A stretch of 64,000 bases of DNA from Polyangiales bacterium (GCA_965214225.1 OZ243942.1:1416298-1480297); one strand, 5' to 3'. Counted from the first letter of the stretch, positions 18,752 to 26,970 are shown. Program-made: numbers and translations. The notes: a model not told the origin generated them from the sequence alone.

Positions 18752-19549
18752 TCAGCTGTCCGCGCGAAACAGGTAGCCCACCAACACAAGGAGCGCGCAG
18801 CAAAAGCCGACTACCGTGCCGATAGCAGCTCGGCGACCGCGCCAGCCCACCAGCAAGCGCAGTAACAACACCGCCGCGAAACACCCCCACGCCAGGTAGC
18901 CGAGCAGCTGCGTAGGGGAATAAAGTGAGCGCGAACCCGTTCCCTCGATGCCAAAGAGTGTGCCTGATAAGATGCCGAGGGTAAGAAGAGGGAAACCGAT
19001 GACGACCGAGCGAAAGCTGAGGCTCTCCATCACACTCAGGGCGGGAAGTTGCTGCGAGAGACCTGTTAGCCGCTTATGCCGCAGGCGCGACTCCTGGAGC
19101 AGGTAACCTAAAGCTGCAGCAAACGCGAGTGCGAAGGCCACGGTGCCGAGCACATTCGCTGCGATGTGGAATGGCAACACCAGAGATTCGGCCGAACTGG
19201 CATCGGGTGGGCCGTGAAGCGCTCCGCCAGCGGAGAAGAAAGCAAAAATGACAGGTACAACGAACGCGCCGAGCGACGAGGTGTTGTAGCGTCTGCAAAC
19301 AAACAGAAAAATCCCGGCCGAGAGGAATGAGATCATCAGCAGAACGCCGTGTATTTCTAGTAGCTCAGCCCAGCCAGCCACCCGCAGCACGAGCGAAAGG
19401 AAGAAGGCATGCGAGAGCAGCGCAAGCTCGAGGAGCAAACGTGCTGGGCGCTCCTTGGAGGTCTTGCTGTAGAGGGAGTGCAAGTAGAACGCGCCGGCTG
19501 CGGCGTAGAGCGCTGCTGTGAGCGAAAAGAGAATAGATAAAAGCGACAT
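18752..19549 (-). CDS. cytochrome c assembly (CcsA/HemX-like) integral membrane protein
   Basis: A polytopic membrane protein of 265 aa directly upstream of hemA, as in hemAXC-type operons. The assignment rests on context and general resemblance. Confidence 0.65.
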   Translation of the reverse strand: MSLLSILFSLTAALYAAAGAFYLHSLYSKTSKERPARLLLELALLSHAFFLSLVLRVAGWAELLEIHGVLLMISFLSAGIFLFVCRRYNTSSLGAFVVPVIFAFFSAGGALHGPPDASSAESLVLPFHIAANVLGTVAFALAFAAALGYLLQESRLRHKRLTGLSQQLPALSVMESLSFRSVVIGFPLLTLGILSGTLFGIEGTGSRSLYSPTQLLGYLAWGCFAAVLLLRLLVGWRGRRAAIGTVVGFCCALLVLVGYLFRADS

Positions 19550-19554
19550 CGGCG

Positions 19555-19929
19555 TTAGCTCCGTGCGTTGAGAAAGAGCTTAGCGAGCAGATCGAGGTCT
19601 GTTTCCGCTGCTTTAGCAGACGCCTTCTCTAAAGGGACGACCGTGCTTCCCAAAAACCCTTCGACGACAGAGTATGCTCTCTCCCCAACGATGACCGAAT
19701 CGTGGCAATGATCTGCGCCGATAGCTTTTAGTTGCTGATGAGTCTTAACCCTTCCCTCTAGGCTGTCTGAGTCTCCAGCACCAGTTACTTCGCTGACGAT
19801 TAAGACTGCCGACTCCAAAGCGAACTGCGCCTGTCCCCGCGTGAGCACATCATCGTCGAGCTGGACCTCCTCTTCGGAGTGCCATCGATCAAGTGTTTCC
19901 TGGGGGATGAAAATGCGCTCTGGAGTCAT
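19555..19929 (-). CDS. hypothetical acidic protein
   Basis: The start was moved to MTPERIFIPQETLDRW. The upstream 117 codons of the track ORF run through the repeat fragment at 19971-20050. I recognise no family. Confidence 0.45.
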   Translation of the reverse strand: MTPERIFIPQETLDRWHSEEEVQLDDDVLTRGQAQFALESAVLIVSEVTGAGDSDSLEGRVKTHQQLKAIGADHCHDSVIVGERAYSVVEGFLGSTVVPLEKASAKAAETDLDLLAKLFLNARS

Positions 19930-19970
19930 ACCGAGTCCTGGATCTAGCGTATCACGGCTCAAGTAGCACA

Positions 19971-20050
19971 GGTGGCGCAAAAGCGCCGCGCAGTAGTGGG
20001 TCCCGCTGAGTGAGCCGCGATGCTTCGGCCCTCGGGCCGGCCACGCGACG
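19971..20050. repeat. Fragment of repeat module Y (3' half only)
   Basis: GTGGGTCCCGCTGAGTGAGC (19996-20015) is identical to 3394-3413 and 26929-26948. It is preceded by its own hairpin GGCGC-AAAA-GCGCC (19974-19987). Confidence 0.7.
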
Positions 20051-20348
20051 CACCTGCACTTGGGCCAGCATCCCCGACTCCGTGTACAGCTTCCTACCGC
20101 ACAGGAGCCACTGCACGACCCGGCAGATAGGTTACACTTAGGAGGGCTGGGGGTATTGACGTGTGGAGCGACGCCGTTATTAACGTAGAGCAGGTTGATG
20201 AGAACAAGGTGGCCGGCCTCGGTGGGCGAAACGGAGGTGCGCGCTCCGTCATCTAGTTCCACAGGTACTCCTGGACTCATTTACGGAGTTCGTGCGAAGC
20301 TAGTGCGACGGTAATCAGGTACTCGCGCTCGACTGCGCGCAAATCGAT

Positions 20349-20380
20349 GTATAGAAGGCACGTTGTATAGAAGGAACGTA
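20349..20380. repeat. Tandem repeat, 16 bp x2 (GTATAGAAGGCACGTT) abutting the trxA RBS
   Basis: Read directly. It is followed immediately by AGGAGG (20381-20386) and the ATG at 20391. Each unit contains a TATAGA hexamer. Confidence 0.8.
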
Positions 20381-20390
20381 AGGAGGCGCA

Positions 20391-20720
20391 ATGGCAAGCG
20401 AAAAGGTAGTTGACGTCAATGATTCGAGCTTTGACTCGCAGGTTCTTCAATCCGAGGTCCCGGTGCTTGTCGACTTCTCAGCGGTTTGGTGCGGTCCCTG
20501 CCGACAGATAGCGCCCATTCTGGATGAGCTTGCCGATGAGTACGACGGCCGGGTGCGAATCACCAAGGTCGACATCGACCAGAGTCCACAGACCGCGCAG
20601 AAGTACGGGATTCGGGGAGTGCCGAGTCTGTATATGTTCAAAAACGGCGAAGTCGTCGGTCAGCAAGTAGGAGCGGCGCCCAAGTCAACGCTCACTGCAT
20701 TGGTCGATAAGGCGTTATAG
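20391..20720 (+). CDS. trxA: thioredoxin
   Basis: 109 aa, WCGPC active site, strong AGGAGG RBS. Confidence 0.95.
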   Translation: MASEKVVDVNDSSFDSQVLQSEVPVLVDFSAVWCGPCRQIAPILDELADEYDGRVRITKVDIDQSPQTAQKYGIRGVPSLYMFKNGEVVGQQVGAAPKSTLTALVDKAL

Positions 20721-20847
20721 CTCAGCGGAAGCACGTGTGGCGCCGAACCCGGACCTCTTGCTTGGGCCCTCCATGAGGCCACAGAGGCGCTGCAGCGTTG
20801 CTCCTGCACCAGAGTGTAGTGTCAGAGTGTAGCTTCGCGGGCGCGGC

Positions 20848-21681
20848 TCACTTGATCGAGGAGACAGCTTCGGCGAGCTTGACCATCAACTCGCTCAGGC
20901 ACTGACGGAGCAACGTGAACTCCGGCTCCCTGCGCTCAAAGGTAAGCTCGTCCACATAGAGCGCACGGTTGAGCTCAACTTGTATGGCGTGAACTCCCTC
21001 GTCCGGATTGCCATAGTGGCCGGTGGTCCAGCCTCCCTTATAGGGATCATCGTGACGCACGCTCAGCCCTGAGTTGCGAAAGTGGGCATCAACGACATCA
21101 ATGAGTGTCGCATCGGCGGTTGTGCGTCCTCTTGTTCCTGGAACGACATCGGCGCGCCGGGTTCCCGCATCTAGATGTTCACGTCGTCCTACCGACGGCA
21201 TCGAATGCCCTGCCAGCAGAACTACATGCGAATGCTGACGTCGAAGCTCGATGATGCGGCCAGTCAGTGCCTGATGGTATGGCTCATAGAAGCGTTGGAT
21301 GCGGTCGGTCAGCTGCTGATAGGTCAAAGGGGTGCGAAGCACATGCTCGCCCTCGGTGGTGACCCTCCAAACCACGCCCCGCGGGAACAGCTTCTGCGGC
21401 GACGGATGATCTTGCACCGCAAACTCGTCAACATCATCGGCCGCTCGATTCAGATCGACCACGTATCTGGATGACTGAGCAACAAGCAGTGCCGCTCCAC
21501 GACTCGGCGCATCGGCATACAGCGCGTCGACGTAGATGTCGGCATCCCTCCGCAGGACATCTTCCTGAACCGTCAGCTGCTGCTGGATGTCATCAGGTAT
21601 GACTAAACCCGCATGCGGCACTTCGACAAGCATGGGTTGTGCTTCGCCATGAGGCTCGTGCAGCTTGAAGCTCGCGTCCAT
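20848..21681 (-). CDS. N-formylglutamate amidohydrolase family protein
   Basis: 277 aa with VEVPHAGLVIPDD near the N-terminus and LLAGHSMPS, typical of the FGase family. Confidence 0.75.
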   Translation of the reverse strand: MDASFKLHEPHGEAQPMLVEVPHAGLVIPDDIQQQLTVQEDVLRRDADIYVDALYADAPSRGAALLVAQSSRYVVDLNRAADDVDEFAVQDHPSPQKLFPRGVVWRVTTEGEHVLRTPLTYQQLTDRIQRFYEPYHQALTGRIIELRRQHSHVVLLAGHSMPSVGRREHLDAGTRRADVVPGTRGRTTADATLIDVVDAHFRNSGLSVRHDDPYKGGWTTGHYGNPDEGVHAIQVELNRALYVDELTFERREPEFTLLRQCLSELMVKLAEAVSSIK

Positions 21682-21820
21682 CGAGCGAGGACTTAGGCGA
21701 GGGAGCGACTTCGCGCAAGCTTAACGCGCATGCAGTTTGGCAGTTGGTGATGCATTCACGCCATTGACGCGCACCGCCCGCAAGGGCACATGGCGTGAAA
21801 TTCTACGTCTTCTCGGCTGG

Positions 21821-21862
21821 ATCTCAAGCACCAGATCTCAAGCACCAGATCTCAAGCACCAG
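21821..21862. repeat. Tandem repeat, 14 bp x3 (ATCTCAAGCACCAG)
   Basis: Read directly. It ends 10 bp before repeat copy Z2. Confidence 0.9.
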
Positions 21863-21872
21863 CCGCGCGGCA

Positions 21873-21976
21873 GAGCGCAGGTAGGTGCGTGAGGAGGGGG
21901 CTTGACGAAGGGAGCCGCATACACAAACTCCTCGTGAGGCGTGTGTTCTTGGTAGGAGAGCCATTGACCAGCTACG
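21873..21976. repeat. Second repeat family, copy Z2
   Basis: Aligns without gaps to 9213-9316 (79/104 identical by hand count). It lacks the 5' arm of the inverted repeat present in Z1. Confidence 0.75.
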
Positions 21977-22015
21977 ATCTGCGGAAAATCACTTTGCCGG
22001 TCTTGTCGCGAAAGG

Positions 22016-24067
22016 TCAACCGTTGATGCCGCTCACTTCCAGAAGATCGCAGGACGTGGCCAAGAAGATGAGCTTGCAGACTTCCTCAGGCTCTACATCC
22101 CCTTGCTGCGACTCTTGCGCGATCAGCCTTGAGAGGGTGGTTGCATGCTTGAGCTTCCGCAGGATGCGTTCCCAATGCTGAGGAAGGCGAAACATAGTCA
22201 TCGGAACCGGTGGATGCTCTGCAAGTGCCAAAGGAGCGACCAGAAGCGGCGCGAGCGCCTCCTCTACCTGCCGCGGGTCGGCTTCAATGACAGCATCCCG
22301 GAGCAGCTCGTAGGCATCATGTGCCAAGGGGAAGCTCTCTTGTTGACTTCGTTCGCCGCGGACATAGCTGCAGACACCCGACCGCCAACGGAACGCCTCC
22401 AGGTAACGGTCCCTCTGTTGCGAAGAAACAGCACGGAAAAGCTCTCCCGGGCGGAGGACCCGTTCTCCGACTAGTGCTTCGCCTAAGCGGCCCTCGTATT
22501 TTGGGAGAACGGCCAGTGCGCGGTTGATGTCGGCTCGTGTGCACGATCCAGTCTTAATGAGGTACTCACCGAAGAGCTCGGAGCGCAATGTTGAGGCGAT
22601 GAACTCTGGACGACCATCAATGAAGTAGATCTTCTTTCGCCGCTTTCCATCGGCCATATGGAGCACGCCAGTTTCACGCTCAACCGCCAATCCATGCGCT
22701 ATAGCGAAAAGCCCTTGAAGACCGATTTCACCACTCCACGCAGCGCGGTCGGTTTCTCGCTCGTCCCATCTCAACCCGGCCGATGTGACGAAACGGGAGA
22801 GCTCTGGAAGCGCCCCTGCAGGGCCGTAGTCTCCTCCACCCGCTGAGACGCGCGTGTCACTCATCACAATGCCGCGGGTAACGAGGCTCACCAGCTCGGC
22901 GTAGTTCACGTCAACGGCGCCGCCTTGATGTGTCTCGACGCGGTAAAGTCCTGGCTCCACCGTTTCAACCGTGCGTGTTGAACCGGTAGGTTTGGAACTG
23001 GAGCTAGTAAGTTGTTCGAGTTGGGCAACCCACTGGGGCTTGATTCCCGCATCGGAGACTGCAGCATCTGCGGGGCTCGGGATCACGAGCTCAAGCTTCC
23101 TTAGCAGCGTGGAGAGCCGTTGCGGAGAGCGCCCGCGGTGGCGCCGTTTGGCGGCCATCGCTTGCAGTGCATCGGCCAATGCAGTGGCTGTTGGACGATC
23201 CTTGGGGTTGAACGAAAGGCCCATCTTGATCAAACGGATCACATCGGCCGGGATCGGCCGCTCGCAGTTCTCAAGCGCACCGCAATCGACATTACGAATC
23301 TTCAGCAGAACATCCAGCTCGTTGCCTTCACCAAACAGTGGGCGTGCCATGAGAAGCTCAGCCAAAACAGTTGAGAGAGTAAACACATCACTACTCGGTC
23401 CGATGCCTGTGCCCATCACCTGCTCGGGTGACATGTAACCAGGCTTTCCTCGTACCTTCCCGGCGCCGGTGTAGCGATCTGCGGCGGCTAAGTGCACGAT
23501 GCCAAAGTCGCTGAGCTTTACGTGCCCATCCCGCGTCAGAAGGATGTTGGCCGGACTCACGTCGCGATGCACGATGTTAAGGGGGTCGCCCTCTTCATCC
23601 ACTGCGCGATGGGCATGATCCAGCGCCCTCGCTGTCTGACACGCGATATGGAGAGCACAGTCGAGAGGTATGACCTCTCTGCTTAGGTATGCTGCTCGGA
23701 GAAGCCGGTTGATATTGGTGCCGTCGACCAGTTCCATGGCCAGGAAGAGCTGCTTTTCAGCTTCACCAAAATCAAAGACCTGCACGATATTCGGATGTTC
23801 AAGCCGCGCTGCAGTTCGCGCCTCATCGATGAACATATTGACGAACTCAGAATCCTCAGCGTACTGCGGCAAGATGCGCTTGAGAGCGACCCGCTTGGTG
23901 AACCCATGAGGACCGCGTCGACGCGCAACGTAAACCTCGGCCATACCCCCCATAGCAAGACGCCTCTCCACTTCGTACGGGCCGAGGCGCTCAAGAGGCG
24001 CGTCTTTGGCAACTATCCCGCTCTTTTTGAAGGAGCGGGATTGCCTTATGTCAGGGCAGGGCCTCAC
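22016..24067 (-). CDS. Ser/Thr protein kinase with a C-terminal DUF4388-like domain
   Basis: Kinase motifs are LAMGGMAEVYVA, ALKRI, HRDVSPANILL, DFG and GKPGYMSPE. The C-terminal region GVLHMADGKRRKKIYFIDGRPEFIAS...GEYLIKTG resembles DUF4388. The start is uncertain (GTG at 24067 chosen); the track ORF extends to 24361. Confidence 0.85.
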   Translation of the reverse strand: MRPCPDIRQSRSFKKSGIVAKDAPLERLGPYEVERRLAMGGMAEVYVARRRGPHGFTKRVALKRILPQYAEDSEFVNMFIDEARTAARLEHPNIVQVFDFGEAEKQLFLAMELVDGTNINRLLRAAYLSREVIPLDCALHIACQTARALDHAHRAVDEEGDPLNIVHRDVSPANILLTRDGHVKLSDFGIVHLAAADRYTGAGKVRGKPGYMSPEQVMGTGIGPSSDVFTLSTVLAELLMARPLFGEGNELDVLLKIRNVDCGALENCERPIPADVIRLIKMGLSFNPKDRPTATALADALQAMAAKRRHRGRSPQRLSTLLRKLELVIPSPADAAVSDAGIKPQWVAQLEQLTSSSSKPTGSTRTVETVEPGLYRVETHQGGAVDVNYAELVSLVTRGIVMSDTRVSAGGGDYGPAGALPELSRFVTSAGLRWDERETDRAAWSGEIGLQGLFAIAHGLAVERETGVLHMADGKRRKKIYFIDGRPEFIASTLRSELFGEYLIKTGSCTRADINRALAVLPKYEGRLGEALVGERVLRPGELFRAVSSQQRDRYLEAFRWRSGVCSYVRGERSQQESFPLAHDAYELLRDAVIEADPRQVEEALAPLLVAPLALAEHPPVPMTMFRLPQHWERILRKLKHATTLSRLIAQESQQGDVEPEEVCKLIFLATSCDLLEVSGING

Positions 24068-24386
24068 GTTGACCTCGCATAGCAAGAACTCGCGTAGCAA
24101 GAAAAGGAACACCCGATGAGAGCCGGACGTGGTAGTGTTGCAGTCCGATACGGGGGACGTGAGGGTATCGCGCTTGCTGGAGTGCGTTTGCCTAACCAGG
24201 CCGTGCCACCTACCTGGCTGGGCGAGAAATCCACACGCCCCCGTATCAGAACTGACATCAACCTCTAGAACGGCTCGGCCTCGTAGATTCTTTATACAGC
24301 AGAGGCTGATCCCTTCGAGAGTGTGGGAGATCTCGGTCGAGGTGCGGGCCTGTAGGGCCATCGCAGCTTAGAGGATCGCGTACCGC

Positions 24387-24559
24387 GATGCATGGGGTGT
24401 TGCGATGCATGCGGTGCCGTGTTGCATGGGGTGCCAGGGCATGTGGTGCCGGGATGCGTGGTGCCGGGATGCGTAGTGCCAGGATGCATAGCGCCAGGAT
24501 GCATAGCGCCAGGATGAAGATGTTGCCGCGATGCGCGCGTTGCCAGGATGCATGCGGCG
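24387..24559. repeat. Degenerate tandem array, about 15-bp period, roughly 10 units (core ATGCRTRGYGCCRGG)
   Basis: The clearest units are 24454-24468, 24469-24483, 24484-24498 and 24499-24513. The array lies in the gap between the two divergent kinase genes. Confidence 0.85.
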
Positions 24560-24620
24560 TCACCCGTTCAGCGGAAACACGTGCCGCTGAGAGTAGCCGC
24601 GCTTACGCCTTCAGACGCAA

Positions 24621-26429
24621 ATGATGAGGCTCGTTGCTTCATCCACGCGACGCCCCCGAGGTCGCTGCGAAAAAGCTAGTGTTCCTACGTCGCGATGCTG
24701 TACGATCGACGGCGTGGGACTCGGGCAACAGGCGATAGGTACAGCCGTCGGCGGCAGTCGGCGGCGCAGTAAGAAAGACAACTATATCGGGCGTGTCGTC
24801 GCTGGACGCTATCGGCTCGAAACGCAGATCGGCGAAGGAGGCATGGGGGTTGTCTACCGAGGCCGCCACGTGCTGATTGATCGAATAGTGGCTCTCAAGC
24901 TCATCCGACCTGACCTCCGAGGCGAGACGCACTTACGCGCGTGGATGCTCCGCGAGGCACGCGCAGCAAACCGTGTAGACCACGCCCACATCGTCGACAT
25001 CTTCGATCTCGGCGAAACAGAAGATGGCGAACTTTACCTCGTGATGGAGTACCTAGTTGGTCGGTCCTTAGCCGGTGAATGCAGCAAGGGTCCGATGCCC
25101 TTGGTTCGGGCTGTAGACATACTCGAGCAGATGTGCGCTGCCTTGGCTCGTGCTCACGACCTGGGCGTCATCCACCGCGATCTAAAAAGCGACAACATCA
25201 TGCTGACGAACCGGGGAGGCCGGCAAGACTTCGTCAAGATTCTCGACTTCGGTCTGGCTTGGCTTGCGCGTGAGGCACGCCTTGCTCCGCGTGGAGCGGT
25301 CTTTGGCACTCCGGAGTACATGTCGCCGGAGCAAGCTCGAGGCGAGGATGCCACAGCATCGAGCGACCTCTATTCCTTGGGCATTCTCTTCTTCGAAATG
25401 CTGACTGGGCAGCTTCCCTTCCGCTCATCCGATCGTGAGACGCTGCTCGAGATGCAGCGGAGTGCACCCCCGACGAGTCCGCGGGCTCTCCGCCGCGAGA
25501 TACCCGAGTCGGCAGAGCAGATCGTCATGCGGCTGCTGGAAAAAGATCCGAACCGCCGATTCCGGGACGGTCACCATCTTCAAGAGCAGCTGCGTGCTCT
25601 TCAACGCCAGCTGCCGTCTAAGCCTTGGGACAACAACTTCAGTGAAGCTCCCGCAGTGCCCGTGGGGTCGCGAAGACGTGCTCCAGACGTCGTGGAATGG
25701 AGCACAAAGGCGTCGCATTTTACTCGGATGCTTGCACGTGCCTATCCCAATGGACAGGCGCCGCGTGAGGTGAAAGATAGCAATGATCAATCATGGCATC
25801 TCGCGGCGAGCGCCTCGCGTCTTGAAGGTGAGCTGGCAAGCCACACACGTAAACTGGAGGCAGTCGAACGACGCGGACGTGCGTTGCGTGCTGAAATAGG
25901 ACGCCGCGTGGAGGACCTCGCGCAGGAAGAATCGCGCGCTCTGCGAGAAGCCGGAACTGAGAGAGAGCGAAGCCAGGGTTTGCGCGACCAGCTGCACCAA
26001 GCGAGAATGGCTTTTGATAAGACCTCACAAGCCGTGGAAGCATCGTCAAGCAGCTCGAGGGATCAGCTATTCACCGCGTACGAAGCAAAGGGAGCCGCTC
26101 GCGCCTATTACGAATCGCTGCAGCGCCGAAGCGAAGAGCACCAACAGCTGGCAGCCGAGAAGGAAGAGCATGCGAGGAACCTGCGTCTTCAAATCGATGA
26201 TCTAAAGCAACAGCTTCAACGGTACGGAGATGCTCTTGAAGCTGATCTTACAGCCGGTCGAGAGAAAATCGCCTCCCGAGTGCGTCAGGCGTTAGAGTAC
26301 GAGAAATCCTTTGAGCAGGCCGGCAGCGTTATGATGGCGCATCTGCAAGATCGACCGGAGTGCCGTGACCTCCTCAAGCTGCTGCGGTCGGAACATGAGC
26401 CTCAGACCCATGTTCCTTCTCAACCCTAG
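24621..26429 (+). CDS. Ser/Thr protein kinase with a C-terminal coiled-coil region
   Basis: Kinase motifs are IGEGGMGVVYRG, ALKLI, HRDLKSDNIML, DFGLA and GTPEYMSPE. The C-terminal 200 aa are rich in E/R/L/Q heptad-like sequence. The start is uncertain. Confidence 0.85.
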   Translation: MMRLVASSTRRPRGRCEKASVPTSRCCTIDGVGLGQQAIGTAVGGSRRRSKKDNYIGRVVAGRYRLETQIGEGGMGVVYRGRHVLIDRIVALKLIRPDLRGETHLRAWMLREARAANRVDHAHIVDIFDLGETEDGELYLVMEYLVGRSLAGECSKGPMPLVRAVDILEQMCAALARAHDLGVIHRDLKSDNIMLTNRGGRQDFVKILDFGLAWLAREARLAPRGAVFGTPEYMSPEQARGEDATASSDLYSLGILFFEMLTGQLPFRSSDRETLLEMQRSAPPTSPRALRREIPESAEQIVMRLLEKDPNRRFRDGHHLQEQLRALQRQLPSKPWDNNFSEAPAVPVGSRRRAPDVVEWSTKASHFTRMLARAYPNGQAPREVKDSNDQSWHLAASASRLEGELASHTRKLEAVERRGRALRAEIGRRVEDLAQEESRALREAGTERERSQGLRDQLHQARMAFDKTSQAVEASSSSSRDQLFTAYEAKGAARAYYESLQRRSEEHQQLAAEKEEHARNLRLQIDDLKQQLQRYGDALEADLTAGREKIASRVRQALEYEKSFEQAGSVMMAHLQDRPECRDLLKLLRSEHEPQTHVPSQP

Positions 26430-26499
26430 TGCCACCTGACAGCGGTAGTGCCACCTGACAGCGGTAGTGCCACCTGACAGCGGTAGTGCCACCCTGAGG
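26427..26499. repeat. Tandem repeat, 19 bp x3.8 (TAGTGCCACCTGACAGCGG) beginning at the kinase stop codon
   Basis: Read directly. The TAG stop of the kinase (26427-26429) is the first three bases of unit 1. Confidence 0.9.
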
Positions 26500-26503
26500 A
26501 AAA

Positions 26504-26970
26504 TGAGCCTGAGCCCCTAGGCGAAGTCGACTACGCCACTATTTTCCCCGTGCCGCATGTCGGCATCCACGACAGGCCCGCTGGCAGATGCATCGTGAGC
26601 GAACGTATCGGGGATACCGCTGCGACTTTTACTGAGGGTCTGGCACCCAGACGCTGTGCCACCAAACTATCTGCCGCGGAAGTCAATCCCGCCGCATTCA
26701 CCCAAACTCCCCCGCCCATCACGAACATGTTCGGGTAGCAGGGTCAACCGCGTGGTGCATCCATACATCAGTGTAAGTCAGTGGGATCTTTGTTTGAAAA
26801 TGAGCCTGAGCCCCTGGGCGAAGTCACCTACGCCCCTCTTCCCCCGCATGCCGGCATGTACATGTACGACGGGCCCGCGGGCAGATGCGTCGTGAGCGAA
26901 CGTATTGGGGGGACCGCCCAAAGGGCGGTGGGTCCCGCTGAGTGAGCGGCGATGCCTCTGCCCGCGGGCC
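26504..26970. repeat. Composite dispersed repeat, locus B (Y1 26504-26683, X 26684-26743, linker from 26773, Y2 26801-26970)
   Basis: It has the same X-linker-Y architecture as 3146-3448, plus an extra upstream Y copy. The Y2 arms are 26874-26892 and 26950-26968, with apical hairpin ACCGCCC-AAA-GGGCGGT (26913-26929). Confidence 0.85.

Noticed and set aside
19930-20280. N-terminal 117 codons of track ORF 19555..20280. The same reasoning applies to the extensions of 2422..3441, 13588..15213, 9810..10070, 28897..29859, 33704..34990 and 41449..42447.
   Set aside because: The extensions run through dispersed or tandem repeats or lack any homology-like sequence. Internal Met codons coincide with the family-typical N-termini or signal peptides.
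24015-24041. 9-bp stem hairpin ATCCCGCTC-TTTTTGAAG-GAGCGGGAT, considered as a terminator.
   Set aside because: There is no U-tract following on either strand. It lies inside the only plausible N-terminal coding region of the kinase, since no in-frame start exists between it and the glycine-rich loop.
24387-24559. Considered whether any of the repeat arrays (24387-24559, 26427-26499, 9901-9985, 15055-15158) could be CRISPR arrays.
   Set aside because: The units are 14-19 bp and directly abutting, with no unique spacers. No cas genes are in the window. They are simple tandem repeats.
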